A DNA stretch of 64,000 bases from Candidatus Helarchaeota archaeon (lineage in GTDB: Archaea; Asgardarchaeota; Lokiarchaeia; Helarchaeales; RDOG01): contig JAHPZH010000002.1 of assembly GCA_019058315.1 (NCBI GenBank), forward strand, positions 128,001-192,000, in the 5' to 3' direction. Shown one piece after another: positions 37,238 to 47,698 of this stretch. Each line of letters starts with the position of its first letter. The first letter of the stretch is position 1. The notes under the pieces were generated by a model. The model was not told the DNA's origin, searched no databases, and was given only the letters and a program-made list of their open reading frames with translations. Made by a program: the position numbers and the translations under genes.

Positions 37238-38368
37238 CTAGTGTTGATTTTTAAAGTAATTTAGAACCTTAATCATACAATCCTGAGAACTTTTCATCTT
37301 TTCTAATTTAGCTAAATAAGTCACATTACAAAGAATTATATGTTTTAAGCCCAATTTAGCATATTTTTCTATTTGACTAATTATTTCATCAGGAGTTCCT
37401 AAAATGAAAATATCTTCCAGCATTTTTAACGGGACTTTATCAAGTGCACTCAATATAGTTTCTCGATCAAATCTTGTTGGAACGAAATCACGCATACCAA
37501 CGAAATTTTCTCCTAAAGGATGATTAGTTCCGTAAGGCTTGAAATCCTCATCAGTTTTTGGGAAAGCGAAATTTTTGATTAACGGGGTTTGTAGAATTTC
37601 ATGACATTCTTCTGATTCTTCATCCAAAATTGCCATGGCATATAGAGATGGAGTTATTTCATTAGGATCACGTCCAGCCTTTTTAGCTGAATCTCTTATA
37701 ATTTTTAATTTTTCTCTATAAGAATTTGTATCTATTATAACAGGCAGCCAACCATCTCCCAGTTTCCCAGTCATTTCAAGCATTCTCTCTCCATGAGCTC
37801 CCATCCAGATTGGGGGATATTTTTGTTTTTTATATGGTTTTAAAGAGAGTATAGCATCCTTCAATGTCCAAAATTTGCCATTAAAATCAACTTTTTGATC
37901 GTTTTCCCAAAGTAATCTAATTATTTTAATCGCTTCTTCATATCTACTGACTGGTTTATTCCATTCAATACCATAAGGAAGGGTATTTGCTGCTATACCT
38001 GCCCCTATTCCTAGAATAACTCTCCCTCTAGACGCATGATCAAGTGTCAAAAAAGTATGAGCAAGTGTGGCTGGAGGTCTCCTAAAAGGCTCAGTAACAG
38101 CAGTTCCCAAATAAATTTTTTTTGTGTTCCAAGCTGAGATAGCTATATTGATAATTGCATCATAGAGATCATGCGGGCTCTTGACGAGAGAAGCAAGTTT
38201 AGTGATATCTGGGGTCCAGATTGATTCAGGTATCCAGTTCATTATGTGATCGAACCACCATACTGAATCAAAACCTACTGATTCAAATTGTTTTATAGAA
38301 GCAATTCCGGCTTTATAAGGAGGAACAAAAGTTCCCTCTATTCCAATTTTTAACTCACTTATATCCAT
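37238..38368 (-). CDS. LLM-class (probably F420-dependent) oxidoreductase
   Basis: GFDSVWWFDH, TLDHASRGRVILGIGAG, PPIWMGAHG, GDGWLP. Confidence 0.88.
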   Translation of the reverse strand: MDISELKIGIEGTFVPPYKAGIASIKQFESVGFDSVWWFDHIMNWIPESIWTPDITKLASLVKSPHDLYDAIINIAISAWNTKKIYLGTAVTEPFRRPPATLAHTFLTLDHASRGRVILGIGAGIAANTLPYGIEWNKPVSRYEEAIKIIRLLWENDQKVDFNGKFWTLKDAILSLKPYKKQKYPPIWMGAHGERMLEMTGKLGDGWLPVIIDTNSYREKLKIIRDSAKKAGRDPNEITPSLYAMAILDEESEECHEILQTPLIKNFAFPKTDEDFKPYGTNHPLGENFVGMRDFVPTRFDRETILSALDKVPLKMLEDIFILGTPDEIISQIEKYAKLGLKHIILCNVTYLAKLEKMKSSQDCMIKVLNYFKNQH

Positions 38369-38378
38369 TAAATTTCCC

Positions 38379-39731
38379 TCATTTTTTATTATTTAACTTA
38401 TTTTCTATGATATCTGCCATACGATACCCACTTTCAACGGATCCTGTAGTTCCTATAAGTCCAAGTGCCACGCACGCATCCCCTACGTTATACAAATTGG
38501 GTATTGGTGTCTCTAAAGGTAAACCATATCCAAGCCATGTCCATCCCTCAGGACACTGATTTTCACTAAAACATGCTTTAATTTTTAGAATTCGCCCATG
38601 TTTTTTAAAGTCATGAAACATTTCATTCAAGTCTCGCTTTATTTGCTGGATTTCACATTTTGCATCAACAGGATGGATACAAGAAATGGGTTCTACTGAA
38701 GAATAAAGGAGATGCTGGTCACTAGGAGCAAGTTCAGGACAAATATTGCTAATAGGTACAACTGTTCTAATTCTTCGTCCTCCCATCATAATTTCTATTC
38801 CGTCATTTATTCCCTCTAAAACTAAAGGCCTATCGCTAGCAACAAAAACTAAAAGTGACGGGCTTGGTCTTAGTCTAACACGCAAATCCTCAAGATATTT
38901 ATCATCAAAATTTTTTTGACCTGCCAAATCTACTGTCATCTTGGGTCCAGTATCACTTACAACAACTTTGCTTTTTACCTCAATTTCTTTTCCATCCTTT
39001 TCCACGACAACTCCTGTAGCCTTTCCATTTTTAATCGCAATCTTCTTTACAGGACAATTAGCCCACACATCACCATTTTCCTTAACCACTCCAGCCAATT
39101 CATTCGCGACACTTATATTGCCTTTAGATGAGACATAAAATTTCTTAATTTCTTTGAATTTGAAAAATTTTAAAACAGGCAATTCCCAAGAGTGAGCCAT
39201 CATTAAAGCAGCACATAGATTGTCAATTACTTCATGTACTTTTTCATTTTCAGTAAACTGGAGGAGCCAATCATGGACAGTAAAAATTTCTTCTCTTTTT
39301 ATCCCTCTTTTTCCCCTCAAATAACCATTTATAATATTCTTTAAGTTTACTGGTTTTATTTTTCTCCCGTCTTTCTGTTCCTTTTCCTTCTCAAGTTTAT
39401 CAATTAAGTCAAGAACCATTGGCAGTCCTATGTCAACATTTACTTCATAATCCTCACCATTTATTCTATAATATACGCGTGAAACTGGACGTAAATAAGA
39501 CATATCGATTCTTAAATCCTTAAGAAGTTTTATAGTCCAGCTGTCAGGAATGATAATAGCACCAGTTGGTAACTTAAAGCCTTTATATTCAACGGTGGAA
39601 AAACGCCCACCTAAACGTCCTTTCCTTTCCACAACCAATGTTTTGAAACCTTTACGAGATAGGAGAGTTGCTGCCGCTAGTCCACCTAACCCGGATCCGA
39701 TTATTATAATATCATATATTTCATTTTCCAA
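38379..39731 (-). CDS. FAD-dependent oxidoreductase, phytoene dehydrogenase-like
   Basis: IIGSGLGG, ERKGRLGGRF, TPIPNLYNVGD. Confidence 0.85.
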   Translation of the reverse strand: MENEIYDIIIIGSGLGGLAAATLLSRKGFKTLVVERKGRLGGRFSTVEYKGFKLPTGAIIIPDSWTIKLLKDLRIDMSYLRPVSRVYYRINGEDYEVNVDIGLPMVLDLIDKLEKEKEQKDGRKIKPVNLKNIINGYLRGKRGIKREEIFTVHDWLLQFTENEKVHEVIDNLCAALMMAHSWELPVLKFFKFKEIKKFYVSSKGNISVANELAGVVKENGDVWANCPVKKIAIKNGKATGVVVEKDGKEIEVKSKVVVSDTGPKMTVDLAGQKNFDDKYLEDLRVRLRPSPSLLVFVASDRPLVLEGINDGIEIMMGGRRIRTVVPISNICPELAPSDQHLLYSSVEPISCIHPVDAKCEIQQIKRDLNEMFHDFKKHGRILKIKACFSENQCPEGWTWLGYGLPLETPIPNLYNVGDACVALGLIGTTGSVESGYRMADIIENKLNNKK

Positions 39732-39967
39732 GATAGCTACCTCATATAATTACTCTTAATAAAAAAGACTTAAAGGTATTTATATTATTAAAGAATTGAT
39801 TTGGGAGGAAAATAAGATAAATAAAATCTTTATCATATTCCTGCAAATTTCTGTAATTTATCCCTCTAGATTAAAATGTAATATTGAATCAGATATATTA
39901 TTATTCTCATTTCCTTTAGGTTTAAATATAGTTTATGTTCGAAACTGAAAAATAATGGTGCATTCTT

Positions 39968-40813
39968 ATGTGCGAAATCTGTTTAAAACATGGAACGGGT
40001 AAATATTGGTTTAAATGGGCTAGTCGTTACGCTAGAGAAATGTATTTCAGGAAAAGAACAGAAAAAAGAGCAAAAGTTGGTGGCAGTTTAGAAGGTCAAG
40101 TAGCAGCTTTGGCTTTTCAGGCTATGGAAGCCAAAAATTTAAAACCTGCTAAATATCCAGAATTAATTAAGAAAGCAAATCGGTTAACACGTGAAACTCA
40201 CGGCGGGCAAGTACTAACCCTGGAAGATGCTGAGACTTTAATCGATCTAGCACATCCAATTGCATTTATAGCATGTGATTGTCGACGTCAAAAATATGGT
40301 TATATTGAAAAAGATAGATCTCGAATGACCTGTTTAGGTCTAGGGATAGGAATGTATAGATGGGAACAATTTCCTGCCCGATATGTTGCTGGTGCAGAAT
40401 TCGTCTCTGATAAAGAAGCAAAAGAATGGCTTCGTGATTGGAATAAGAAGGGATTAGTTCAAACATTAATGACCTTTGGAATGAGAGAAGGTGCTCCATA
40501 CATCGGTGGACTGTGTAATTGTTCTTATGCAGATTGCTTGTCTATTAGATGGCGATTAGACTATGGATTTAAGCAGTTATTAAAAGGCGAAAGAGTTGCA
40601 ATTCTAGATACATCCAAATGCAAGGGTTGTTTCAAATGCATAACCAGGTGCCAATTTGGAGCTATTACTGCTGATGTTCGTCAAGAAAAAGCTCATATTG
40701 ATTTGATGAAATGCTTCGGTTGTGGACTCTGTGAAAATGCCTGTCCCCAAAATGCAATTCAATTAGTAGATAGACAAAAGTTTGAAGTCTTAAAACACCC
40801 TTCATCATTTTAA
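39968..40813 (+). CDS. Fe-S protein (CxxCxxHG N-terminus, CxCR, CxC, 2x[4Fe-4S]), module copy 1
   Basis: MCEICLKHG, CDCR, LCNC, CKGCFKCITRC, CFGCGLCENACP. Confidence 0.85.
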   Translation: MCEICLKHGTGKYWFKWASRYAREMYFRKRTEKRAKVGGSLEGQVAALAFQAMEAKNLKPAKYPELIKKANRLTRETHGGQVLTLEDAETLIDLAHPIAFIACDCRRQKYGYIEKDRSRMTCLGLGIGMYRWEQFPARYVAGAEFVSDKEAKEWLRDWNKKGLVQTLMTFGMREGAPYIGGLCNCSYADCLSIRWRLDYGFKQLLKGERVAILDTSKCKGCFKCITRCQFGAITADVRQEKAHIDLMKCFGCGLCENACPQNAIQLVDRQKFEVLKHPSSF

Positions 40814-40819
40814 AGATAG

Positions 40820-41146
40820 ATGGTGATAAATATGATGGAAATAGAAGAAATTCCAAAAGTTAGAATAAAAATTTCAGAAAAAAAATGCCCAACACCGTTC
40901 GTTTGTCAAAAATGTCTTAATAGGTGTCCTACAGGAGTGTTTATGGTAATTGCAAATCCAATGAAAACAGGGGCAAAGTTCATCCCAATTGACGAAAATG
41001 AGCCAGGTTCATATATGTTAATGGCTCCAATGGCATCTAAATGTATTGGATGTATGAAATGTGTTGATATTTGCCCCAAACAAGCAATAAAAGTTAAGAT
41101 AAAATATCCAGTAGAAGAATCATCCGAGGAGGAAACTGCAGCATAG
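40820..41146 (+). CDS. Ferredoxin, module copy 1
   Basis: CPTPFVCQKCLNRCP and CIGCMKCVDICP. Confidence 0.85.
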   Translation: MVINMMEIEEIPKVRIKISEKKCPTPFVCQKCLNRCPTGVFMVIANPMKTGAKFIPIDENEPGSYMLMAPMASKCIGCMKCVDICPKQAIKVKIKYPVEESSEEETAA

Positions 41147-41695
41147 GTGATATATATGGTAACGAAGTATAATTATAAATTATCAGAAGATCTATTTGTT
41201 GCAATCGAAAGTGAATTTGATGGGGATGCTATAGCAAAAAAATATATCGAAACAAAAGATAAATCGATTTTTAATGATTTTGGGAAGAATTGGATGAAAA
41301 AATCGCTTGAATTAGGGAATAAAGAAGAATATATCGATCATACTTATGAAATGATAAAGAAAGTAGGAGAAAAAACCGGACAAGGATTATTTCCAAATAG
41401 TCCTCAACGATTTCTCGAAATAGCTTATCTTTCTGTTCATTTAATGAGTAATGTAAATATCCATACATCAAATTTATTCGAACTCAGTTTTAAAGTCTTA
41501 AAGGATCAATGTAAAATCTATAAAAATTTAGAATCGGAACTTCCTACAGAGGAATTAAAGGACCTTCCTTGTAAAGGAGCTTGTATAGAAGCATTAAAAA
41601 CCTTATTCGAAGATTTTAAAATCGCTGTAGACCTCTCAATGCCTCATATGATGCCAGCTGACGGTGAATGTTTCTTTATGATTAAGAAAAAATAA
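41147..41695 (+). CDS. Hypothetical Cys-containing protein (V4R-like C-terminus), module copy 1
   Basis: DHTYE, QRFLEI, C...LPCK..C...DGEC.F; paralog of 43063..43638. Confidence 0.65.
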   Translation: MIYMVTKYNYKLSEDLFVAIESEFDGDAIAKKYIETKDKSIFNDFGKNWMKKSLELGNKEEYIDHTYEMIKKVGEKTGQGLFPNSPQRFLEIAYLSVHLMSNVNIHTSNLFELSFKVLKDQCKIYKNLESELPTEELKDLPCKGACIEALKTLFEDFKIAVDLSMPHMMPADGECFFMIKKK

Positions 41696-41920
41696 AAAAC
41701 TTTACTTAAATTTATACCTTTTTTTATTATTTATTTCATTTTTATCTAATTATATTGAAAAACAAAAGAATACAAATTCTAATTATTTTTGGGGTAAATA
41801 TTTTTATGAAATCACATTCTTAATTTGAATTTGAATCAATATTGAATTTATTTCAAATTATTTGATATTTTTCATTTTTGATAAAAAAATATTAATCAAT
41901 ATGACAGGTGAAAAGAAAAA

Positions 41921-42760
41921 ATGTGTCAATTTTGTGTCCAGCATGGCGAAGGCAAGATATGGTATAAACATGCAAAGAATTATGCAAGACATCAATACAA
42001 AAAACTACGTCAAAAACGTCATGAAGGTCCATCACTAGCAGCACAAGCTAATGCGGCAGTTGCACAAGCGATCATGACCAAAAATTTGAATCCGAAAAAA
42101 TTTCCTGAATTAAAAGCTGCAGCTGAAAGGTTGGCATTAAAACAACATGGAGGTCAAGTACTTCCATTTGAACATGCTGAAATAATTATAGAATTATCTT
42201 CACCAATCGCTTTAATTGACTGTGTATGTAGACGGGCGAACCGAGCTACATTAGAGACCACTTCTGAATTTAAAGATGACGAGCTTACTAGATCGTGTAT
42301 GGGACTTGGAGTAGGAATGCTTAAATGGGAAGAATGGCCAGAACGGTATAAAGGTGGAATCGATATACTAGATCAGAAAGAAGCAAGAGATTGGTTGAAG
42401 GTTTGGAAAAAACGTGGAATGGTTCCGACTTTAATGACATTTGGAACACCTTATATCGGTGGACTGTGCATGTGTGATTATCCTATATGTATGATTATTC
42501 GAAATCGTATGGACTATGATATCAAACAATTACTGAAAGGCGAATTTGTAGCTGTATTGGACCAGGAAAAGTGCAAAGGATGTTTAAGATGTATGCAACG
42601 TTGCCACTTTGGCGCAATCACTCACGAGGTGGTCCGAGGGAAAGCTTATATTAATATGAAGAAGTGTTTTGGGTGTGGGTTGTGTCGAGATGTATGTCCG
42701 GAAAATGCAATAACATTACAACCGAGAATGAATTTTCCATTATTAAAAAATATGTGGTGA
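41921..42760 (+). CDS. Fe-S protein, module copy 2
   Basis: MCQFCVQHG, HGGQVL, CVCR, PYIGGLCMC, two ferredoxin motifs; paralog of 39968..40813. Confidence 0.85.
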   Translation: MCQFCVQHGEGKIWYKHAKNYARHQYKKLRQKRHEGPSLAAQANAAVAQAIMTKNLNPKKFPELKAAAERLALKQHGGQVLPFEHAEIIIELSSPIALIDCVCRRANRATLETTSEFKDDELTRSCMGLGVGMLKWEEWPERYKGGIDILDQKEARDWLKVWKKRGMVPTLMTFGTPYIGGLCMCDYPICMIIRNRMDYDIKQLLKGEFVAVLDQEKCKGCLRCMQRCHFGAITHEVVRGKAYINMKKCFGCGLCRDVCPENAITLQPRMNFPLLKNMW

Positions 42761-42765
42761 GGTTT

Positions 42766-43050
42766 ATGACAATAGTTAAAGTTAAATGGAATCAATCAAA
42801 ATGCCCAACCCCATTTGCCTGTAAGAAATGTTTACAAATATGCCCTCAAGCGGTTTTTAGGGTTGATTGTGTGAAAACGGAGAGATTTAAAGAAACAGAT
42901 CCAAATGAACCGAATGTATATGTTATAATACCATTTTATGTATCCGAATGTGTAGCTTGTAATAAATGTGTCGAAGTTTGTCCTAATGGTGCCTTGAAAA
43001 TAAAAATAAAGGAACCCACTCCAGCACCTGAGGCAACGGCAAAGGCTTAA
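42766..43050 (+). CDS. Ferredoxin, module copy 2
   Basis: Likely start ATG 42766 after GTGAGG; CPTPFACKKCLQICP and CVACNKCVEVCP. Confidence 0.85.
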   Translation: MTIVKVKWNQSKCPTPFACKKCLQICPQAVFRVDCVKTERFKETDPNEPNVYVIIPFYVSECVACNKCVEVCPNGALKIKIKEPTPAPEATAKA

Positions 43051-43062
43051 GGAGGTTTAAAT

Positions 43063-43638
43063 ATGAGTCATTTAGAAATACAAGAACGGTTTGGAAGAAA
43101 AGCTTATTATCTTAATGAGGAAATGCTCAATATTATTGGTCAAGAATTCGAGGCTTCAAAGATAGTTGAAGCTTTTAAATCAGACAAAAAACCAGCTATA
43201 TTTAAGAATTGGGGAAATAAAGCTGCAAAACGAACAATTGAACTAAGCACTGATCCGAAATACACTGACCGTACTTATGAAGTAATGCTTGAAATGTTTA
43301 AAAAGAAAGGAATTTTAAAATTTCCTAATATTATACAGCGATTTTTCGAGATATTATACATGGCTACAAACCCACAAGAGGAATACCAGCACTTGAAATG
43401 CTTGGAAAATAATAGTATGGCATTAAGATACCAATTAAAAAAGGGACAATGCGCAATTTTTGAAAAGTTGATAGAAATTTGTGGAAAAGATGTGGCTTCG
43501 CAATTACCATGTAAAAATTATTGCCTAGAAGTGGCAGAAACAATCTTAAAAGATAATGATATTGCAAATTACATTGTAACCCAGGATTTAGAAATGCCTA
43601 AGGACGGAGTATGCAAGTTTAATATTGTAAAATCTTAA
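43063..43638 (+). CDS. Hypothetical Cys-containing protein, module copy 2
   Basis: DRTYE, QRFFEI, LPCKNYC, MPKDGVCKF. Confidence 0.65.
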   Translation: MSHLEIQERFGRKAYYLNEEMLNIIGQEFEASKIVEAFKSDKKPAIFKNWGNKAAKRTIELSTDPKYTDRTYEVMLEMFKKKGILKFPNIIQRFFEILYMATNPQEEYQHLKCLENNSMALRYQLKKGQCAIFEKLIEICGKDVASQLPCKNYCLEVAETILKDNDIANYIVTQDLEMPKDGVCKFNIVKS

Positions 43639-43664
43639 TCTTTTCCTTTTTCTTTTAAATAAAA

Positions 43665-44906
43665 TTAAGCTTTTTTACGTGACCAATAAAATAAAGCACC
43701 AAAAGCACCGCAAATCGCAGCAATTCCAAAAATAAGGACCCAGGAATATATATTATTATACTCTTCTATATATGCAATTTTTAATACAAGTGCTAAAGTT
43801 ATTGAATAAATTAAGAAGAGAATTAAATATTTAGTTCTATCAAGGAACAGAAATTCCTGGTCTGTCTTTTCATAACCTTTAATCAATAGAATAAAATAAC
43901 CAATAAAAGTAGAAACATTCCAACGCATTAGCGCAATTTCATATTGATGTCCAAAATAAAAAACATGTTGAACAACTATCCAAGCTAAAATAAATATGTT
44001 AATAACTTCTTTTTTGAAATCTAACATTTCTTTAATAATAAAGGGTAAATAAATTAAAATTGGAATTAAAATGGTCACTAAATATAAAAAAATATACCCT
44101 GCTGAACCATAATTAGGTTGAAAGAAACCTATATTCCAAAATATTGTTTGAAGAAGGATGCTTATTGGATTTACACTATTGATAATGGAATAGACTAATA
44201 TTGGAATTAAAGAAATAATCCCAAATAATATAATAACAATAAATTCTTTTATAAATAAATTCAGAGAATCTTTATCTGTAAATTTTTCTCCCTCATAATA
44301 AAAAATTAAAAAAATAACTCCTAATACATAAATTAAACCAAAAGTTATCCTTATACTAAGAGTTATACCCAGTAAACCTGCAATAATTAAATATTTATAC
44401 TTGAAATTTTCAGATTTTTCAGTTTCTAGTAATACTTTTCGAGTATGCGTTGTATTTATATGTTTAAAGAAGAAAGCTAAAATTAAAGGTGCTAAAGGAT
44501 AATAAAGATTTTCCGTAACAATAAAAGAAGAGTAATATAAAGCAAGACAATTGAAATTATATAGAATTGTAGAAACTAAAATAATATTTTCGTTGTTGAT
44601 GAAGTTTTTCATTAAATAATAAACAGTAAATACTCCAAGAGAAGAAATTAAAGCTAGAAAAATTCTTACTCCAAAAATATTAAAAGTATAATAAATCGGT
44701 GCGAGAATGACAGTAAATCCGATGAATTTAGGAACATATCCAGCGTATTTCCATATTAAATCATACCCTAAAATATCAATATTAATGAAACCTTGTTCAT
44801 CGAGAAATATTCTATTTGGCCATATAAAGCAAAGCAAAATACGTATTAATAAAGTAATAGCCCATATTAGAATGATTTTTTGAGTTGTATTATTCATATA
44901 ATTCAA
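43665..44906 (-). CDS. GT-C fold membrane glycosyltransferase (PMT/ArnT-like)
   Basis: Many TM helices, DE in the first loop (IFLDE), and a TE motif. Confidence 0.7.
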   Translation of the reverse strand: MNYMNNTTQKIILIWAITLLIRILLCFIWPNRIFLDEQGFINIDILGYDLIWKYAGYVPKFIGFTVILAPIYYTFNIFGVRIFLALISSLGVFTVYYLMKNFINNENIILVSTILYNFNCLALYYSSFIVTENLYYPLAPLILAFFFKHINTTHTRKVLLETEKSENFKYKYLIIAGLLGITLSIRITFGLIYVLGVIFLIFYYEGEKFTDKDSLNLFIKEFIVIILFGIISLIPILVYSIINSVNPISILLQTIFWNIGFFQPNYGSAGYIFLYLVTILIPILIYLPFIIKEMLDFKKEVINIFILAWIVVQHVFYFGHQYEIALMRWNVSTFIGYFILLIKGYEKTDQEFLFLDRTKYLILFLIYSITLALVLKIAYIEEYNNIYSWVLIFGIAAICGAFGALFYWSRKKA

Positions 44907-45153
44907 CTTCCATTATAAATTTTAGTTAAAAAAACAAAATATATTTTGTAATATTCCTATTTTTTAATTACAATTATGATAATTAGTCAAAAATTTAAAT
45001 TTTCCTAAATAAAAATAGTTTTATAATAATTATCAAATAAAAAGATATAATATCAAATCATTTAGCCAAATTTATTTATCAATTTAATAATATTTAATTG
45101 AATTAATATCTTTATAATAAGAAAATAATAAAGAGCTTATTAACAGAATTAGG

Positions 45154-45759
45154 GTGAAAAATTTGATCCAAAATGTCTACGTTATTCGAAGTGCTAGTGG
45201 TCTTTGTCTTTTATCTAGGAGATATGGCGAAATACAATTTAATGAAGATTTAATATCAGGTTTTCTAACCGCTTTAAGGGACTTCAGTAAAGAAGTTACT
45301 GGTGGAGAAGGAATCATTAGAGTATTAGATATGAAATCTTACAATGTTATTTTAGTATTTAGGGAAAATTTAATGATAGCAGCGGGGGTTGATAAACACG
45401 ATAATAAAAATGTTGCAATGACAGCCCTTGGAAAGGTTTTAAATCAGTTTATGGAAAAATATAATCTCGAAGGATGGGATGGAAATATATCACAGTTTAA
45501 AGGATTTGAATCAGATATTGATGAAATTTTAGAAAGTGGAAAAATTTCAGATATTCCTGTTCCCTATCCAAAATTAAAGAAAAAATTGCCCAAAATGATT
45601 TTAAGAATGGGTGAAATTAATCAATTCGAATATGATGTCGCTCATCTATGTGATGGAAAAAGAATTATTGAAGATATTGCAGAAAAAATGGGGAAGACAG
45701 AAGAAGAAATCTATCACGTGCTTGAGAAGTTAAAGAACTTAGGATTGGTCGATTTTTAG
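45154..45759 (+). CDS. Longin domain + winged-helix protein
   Basis: VYVI..SGLCL...EDLISGFLTAL..FS.E longin signature; CDGKRIIEDIA...LKNLGLV wHTH. Confidence 0.8.
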   Translation: MKNLIQNVYVIRSASGLCLLSRRYGEIQFNEDLISGFLTALRDFSKEVTGGEGIIRVLDMKSYNVILVFRENLMIAAGVDKHDNKNVAMTALGKVLNQFMEKYNLEGWDGNISQFKGFESDIDEILESGKISDIPVPYPKLKKKLPKMILRMGEINQFEYDVAHLCDGKRIIEDIAEKMGKTEEEIYHVLEKLKNLGLVDF

Positions 45760-45772
45760 AATTTAAGATTTT

Positions 45773-46492
45773 TTATCTCGTTGAAAAGGCAAAAATTATC
45801 AATGATAATATTACTAAGCTTGATGCAATTATACTAACTAAATCACCTGGTAGACCTAAAACTGCTTTTGCACCTTTTGAATAAATTCCTCGTCCAATAA
45901 ATAAAATTAAAAATCCAATAGTATTTAATATGCTTTTTTTTCTGATATCCCCTGGAATTTGTAATGCCAAATAAACAAAAAGAGCCATAACTAAAATCCC
46001 ATAGGCAGGAAGTACGATGCCATTGAATAGTATATATAAAAAGCTTCCAGCAGCTAAAGCTTCTGCAGGTATAAATGGATAAATAAATCCTATTATAACT
46101 GGGGGAACGGCAATTATTGTTGCGACCAAATTAGATACTTTATCGTTATCTATTAACATAATACCAGCAATTGCTGCAAGACAAGCCATAGAAAACCAAT
46201 TGATACCCACACCTAACTGATCGTAAAATGAGTTCGGAACATAGAAATCATATATTATATTAGCTACACGACCAATTCCAAGGAATAAAAAGAAAAAAGA
46301 AAATATCAGCCAATAAAAAAGTTTACTTTCCTTTAATAAAAATCTATAAAAGAATATATAAGCAAATAATAGAAAATAATAGCCAACTGCAATAAACCAA
46401 AAACCAATGGCTAATGATTTTAACCAATATCCCTTAAAAAAATCAAATAAAATAACAATGTCAACCCAATTCACAGCCATAATGCTCACCAA
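45773..46492 (-). CDS. Multi-pass (about 7 TM) membrane protein
   Basis: About seven hydrophobic segments; typical of Asgard 7TM sensor-like proteins. Confidence 0.65.
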   Translation of the reverse strand: MVSIMAVNWVDIVILFDFFKGYWLKSLAIGFWFIAVGYYFLLFAYIFFYRFLLKESKLFYWLIFSFFFLFLGIGRVANIIYDFYVPNSFYDQLGVGINWFSMACLAAIAGIMLIDNDKVSNLVATIIAVPPVIIGFIYPFIPAEALAAGSFLYILFNGIVLPAYGILVMALFVYLALQIPGDIRKKSILNTIGFLILFIGRGIYSKGAKAVLGLPGDLVSIIASSLVILSLIIFAFSTR

Positions 46493-46619
46493 TTAATGAA
46501 GATAATATTATTTTAATTTATTATATTTTTTTGATTAATAGTATTTTATTATTTGTAACTGATTTAAAATAATTTTGTTTTTCTTCCAAATAATTAATTT
46601 CAACTAAGAGGTAATATTT

Positions 46620-47633
46620 ATGGAGCCAGAATTTGTTATAGGAGTAGATATAGGGGGTACAAACATTAGAGCAGGGACAGTTGACCAGAATGGAAAAATT
46701 ATGCATAAATCACATATGCCCGTTGAACATGATAAAGGTCAAAAAGGTTTTGAAAAAAATTTAATGGATTGTATTAAAGAAGTAGTTGATAAATTAGATA
46801 TAGACGATATACGAATTGGTATAGGTGCCCCAAGTCCAATGAATCCATTTACTGGTTTTTTAAATTCGCCACAAAATGTTGGATGTGGAGAATATCCATT
46901 AAAAGATAGGGTTATGGAAAAATTTGATACAAAATATGTTGAAGTTCGGAATGATTTAGATGCTATAGCGCTTGGTTATTATCATTTTGGTGAAGATTCT
47001 AGCCAAGGACGTGGAATTCCTTATTTAGCAGTGATTGCACCAGGTACAGGGTTGGGATCTAGTATGTTAATTAAAGGAAAACCTTATTTCGGAAGTTCGA
47101 GATCAGGTTATTTAGCTCTTGAACACCATAAAAGCCCTTATTTTGGGAGCACTTTGGAAGAATTTAAAGCGGGAATTGGAAAAGATTTTGAAGACTTTAC
47201 AGCGGGTAAAGGTGTAATAGCAATTTATTACAAATTATTTGGTAGCTCAAAAAATCCAGAAATAGCTAAAATAATTGAAAATTCTAAATATGAAGAAAAA
47301 GCTTGGATAATTAATAATTTCGCATCAGATTCTAAGGATAAGAAATTTATTCAAAAATATCCAGATTTTATTAATATCACAGATGAAATCTGTAAAAGAA
47401 CATATGAAAATGTAGGTAAACATTTAGGTTTTGCAATTGCATCCTTTGTTACTAATTTTAATCCAGATATTGTAATTTTAGAAGGTTCTATAAGTAATGC
47501 TTATGATATAATGAAAATTGAAATGTTAAAAGCGTATAAAGAATCCGTCTGGCTTGCTCATAAAGATATTCCAATTACAGTGGGCACTCTAAAAGACGCA
47601 GGGATAAAGGGTGCCTCCACTTTAGTTCGATAA
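46620..47633 (+). CDS. ROK family sugar kinase
   Basis: GVDIGGTNIR, ND..A.ALG, GTGLG, E.H; lacks the CxCGxxGC Zn motif. Confidence 0.85.
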   Translation: MEPEFVIGVDIGGTNIRAGTVDQNGKIMHKSHMPVEHDKGQKGFEKNLMDCIKEVVDKLDIDDIRIGIGAPSPMNPFTGFLNSPQNVGCGEYPLKDRVMEKFDTKYVEVRNDLDAIALGYYHFGEDSSQGRGIPYLAVIAPGTGLGSSMLIKGKPYFGSSRSGYLALEHHKSPYFGSTLEEFKAGIGKDFEDFTAGKGVIAIYYKLFGSSKNPEIAKIIENSKYEEKAWIINNFASDSKDKKFIQKYPDFINITDEICKRTYENVGKHLGFAIASFVTNFNPDIVILEGSISNAYDIMKIEMLKAYKESVWLAHKDIPITVGTLKDAGIKGASTLVR

Positions 47634-47698
47634 CATTCAACAATTTAAAATTCTTTATATTTCTTTAATAAGTGAGCTTAAAATTATACTATAATATA

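Noticed and set aside
41921-42760. TGA stop as selenocysteine readthrough
   Set aside because: The stop is at the same place as the paralog's end, the next gene has its own SD and ATG, and no SECIS was recognised.
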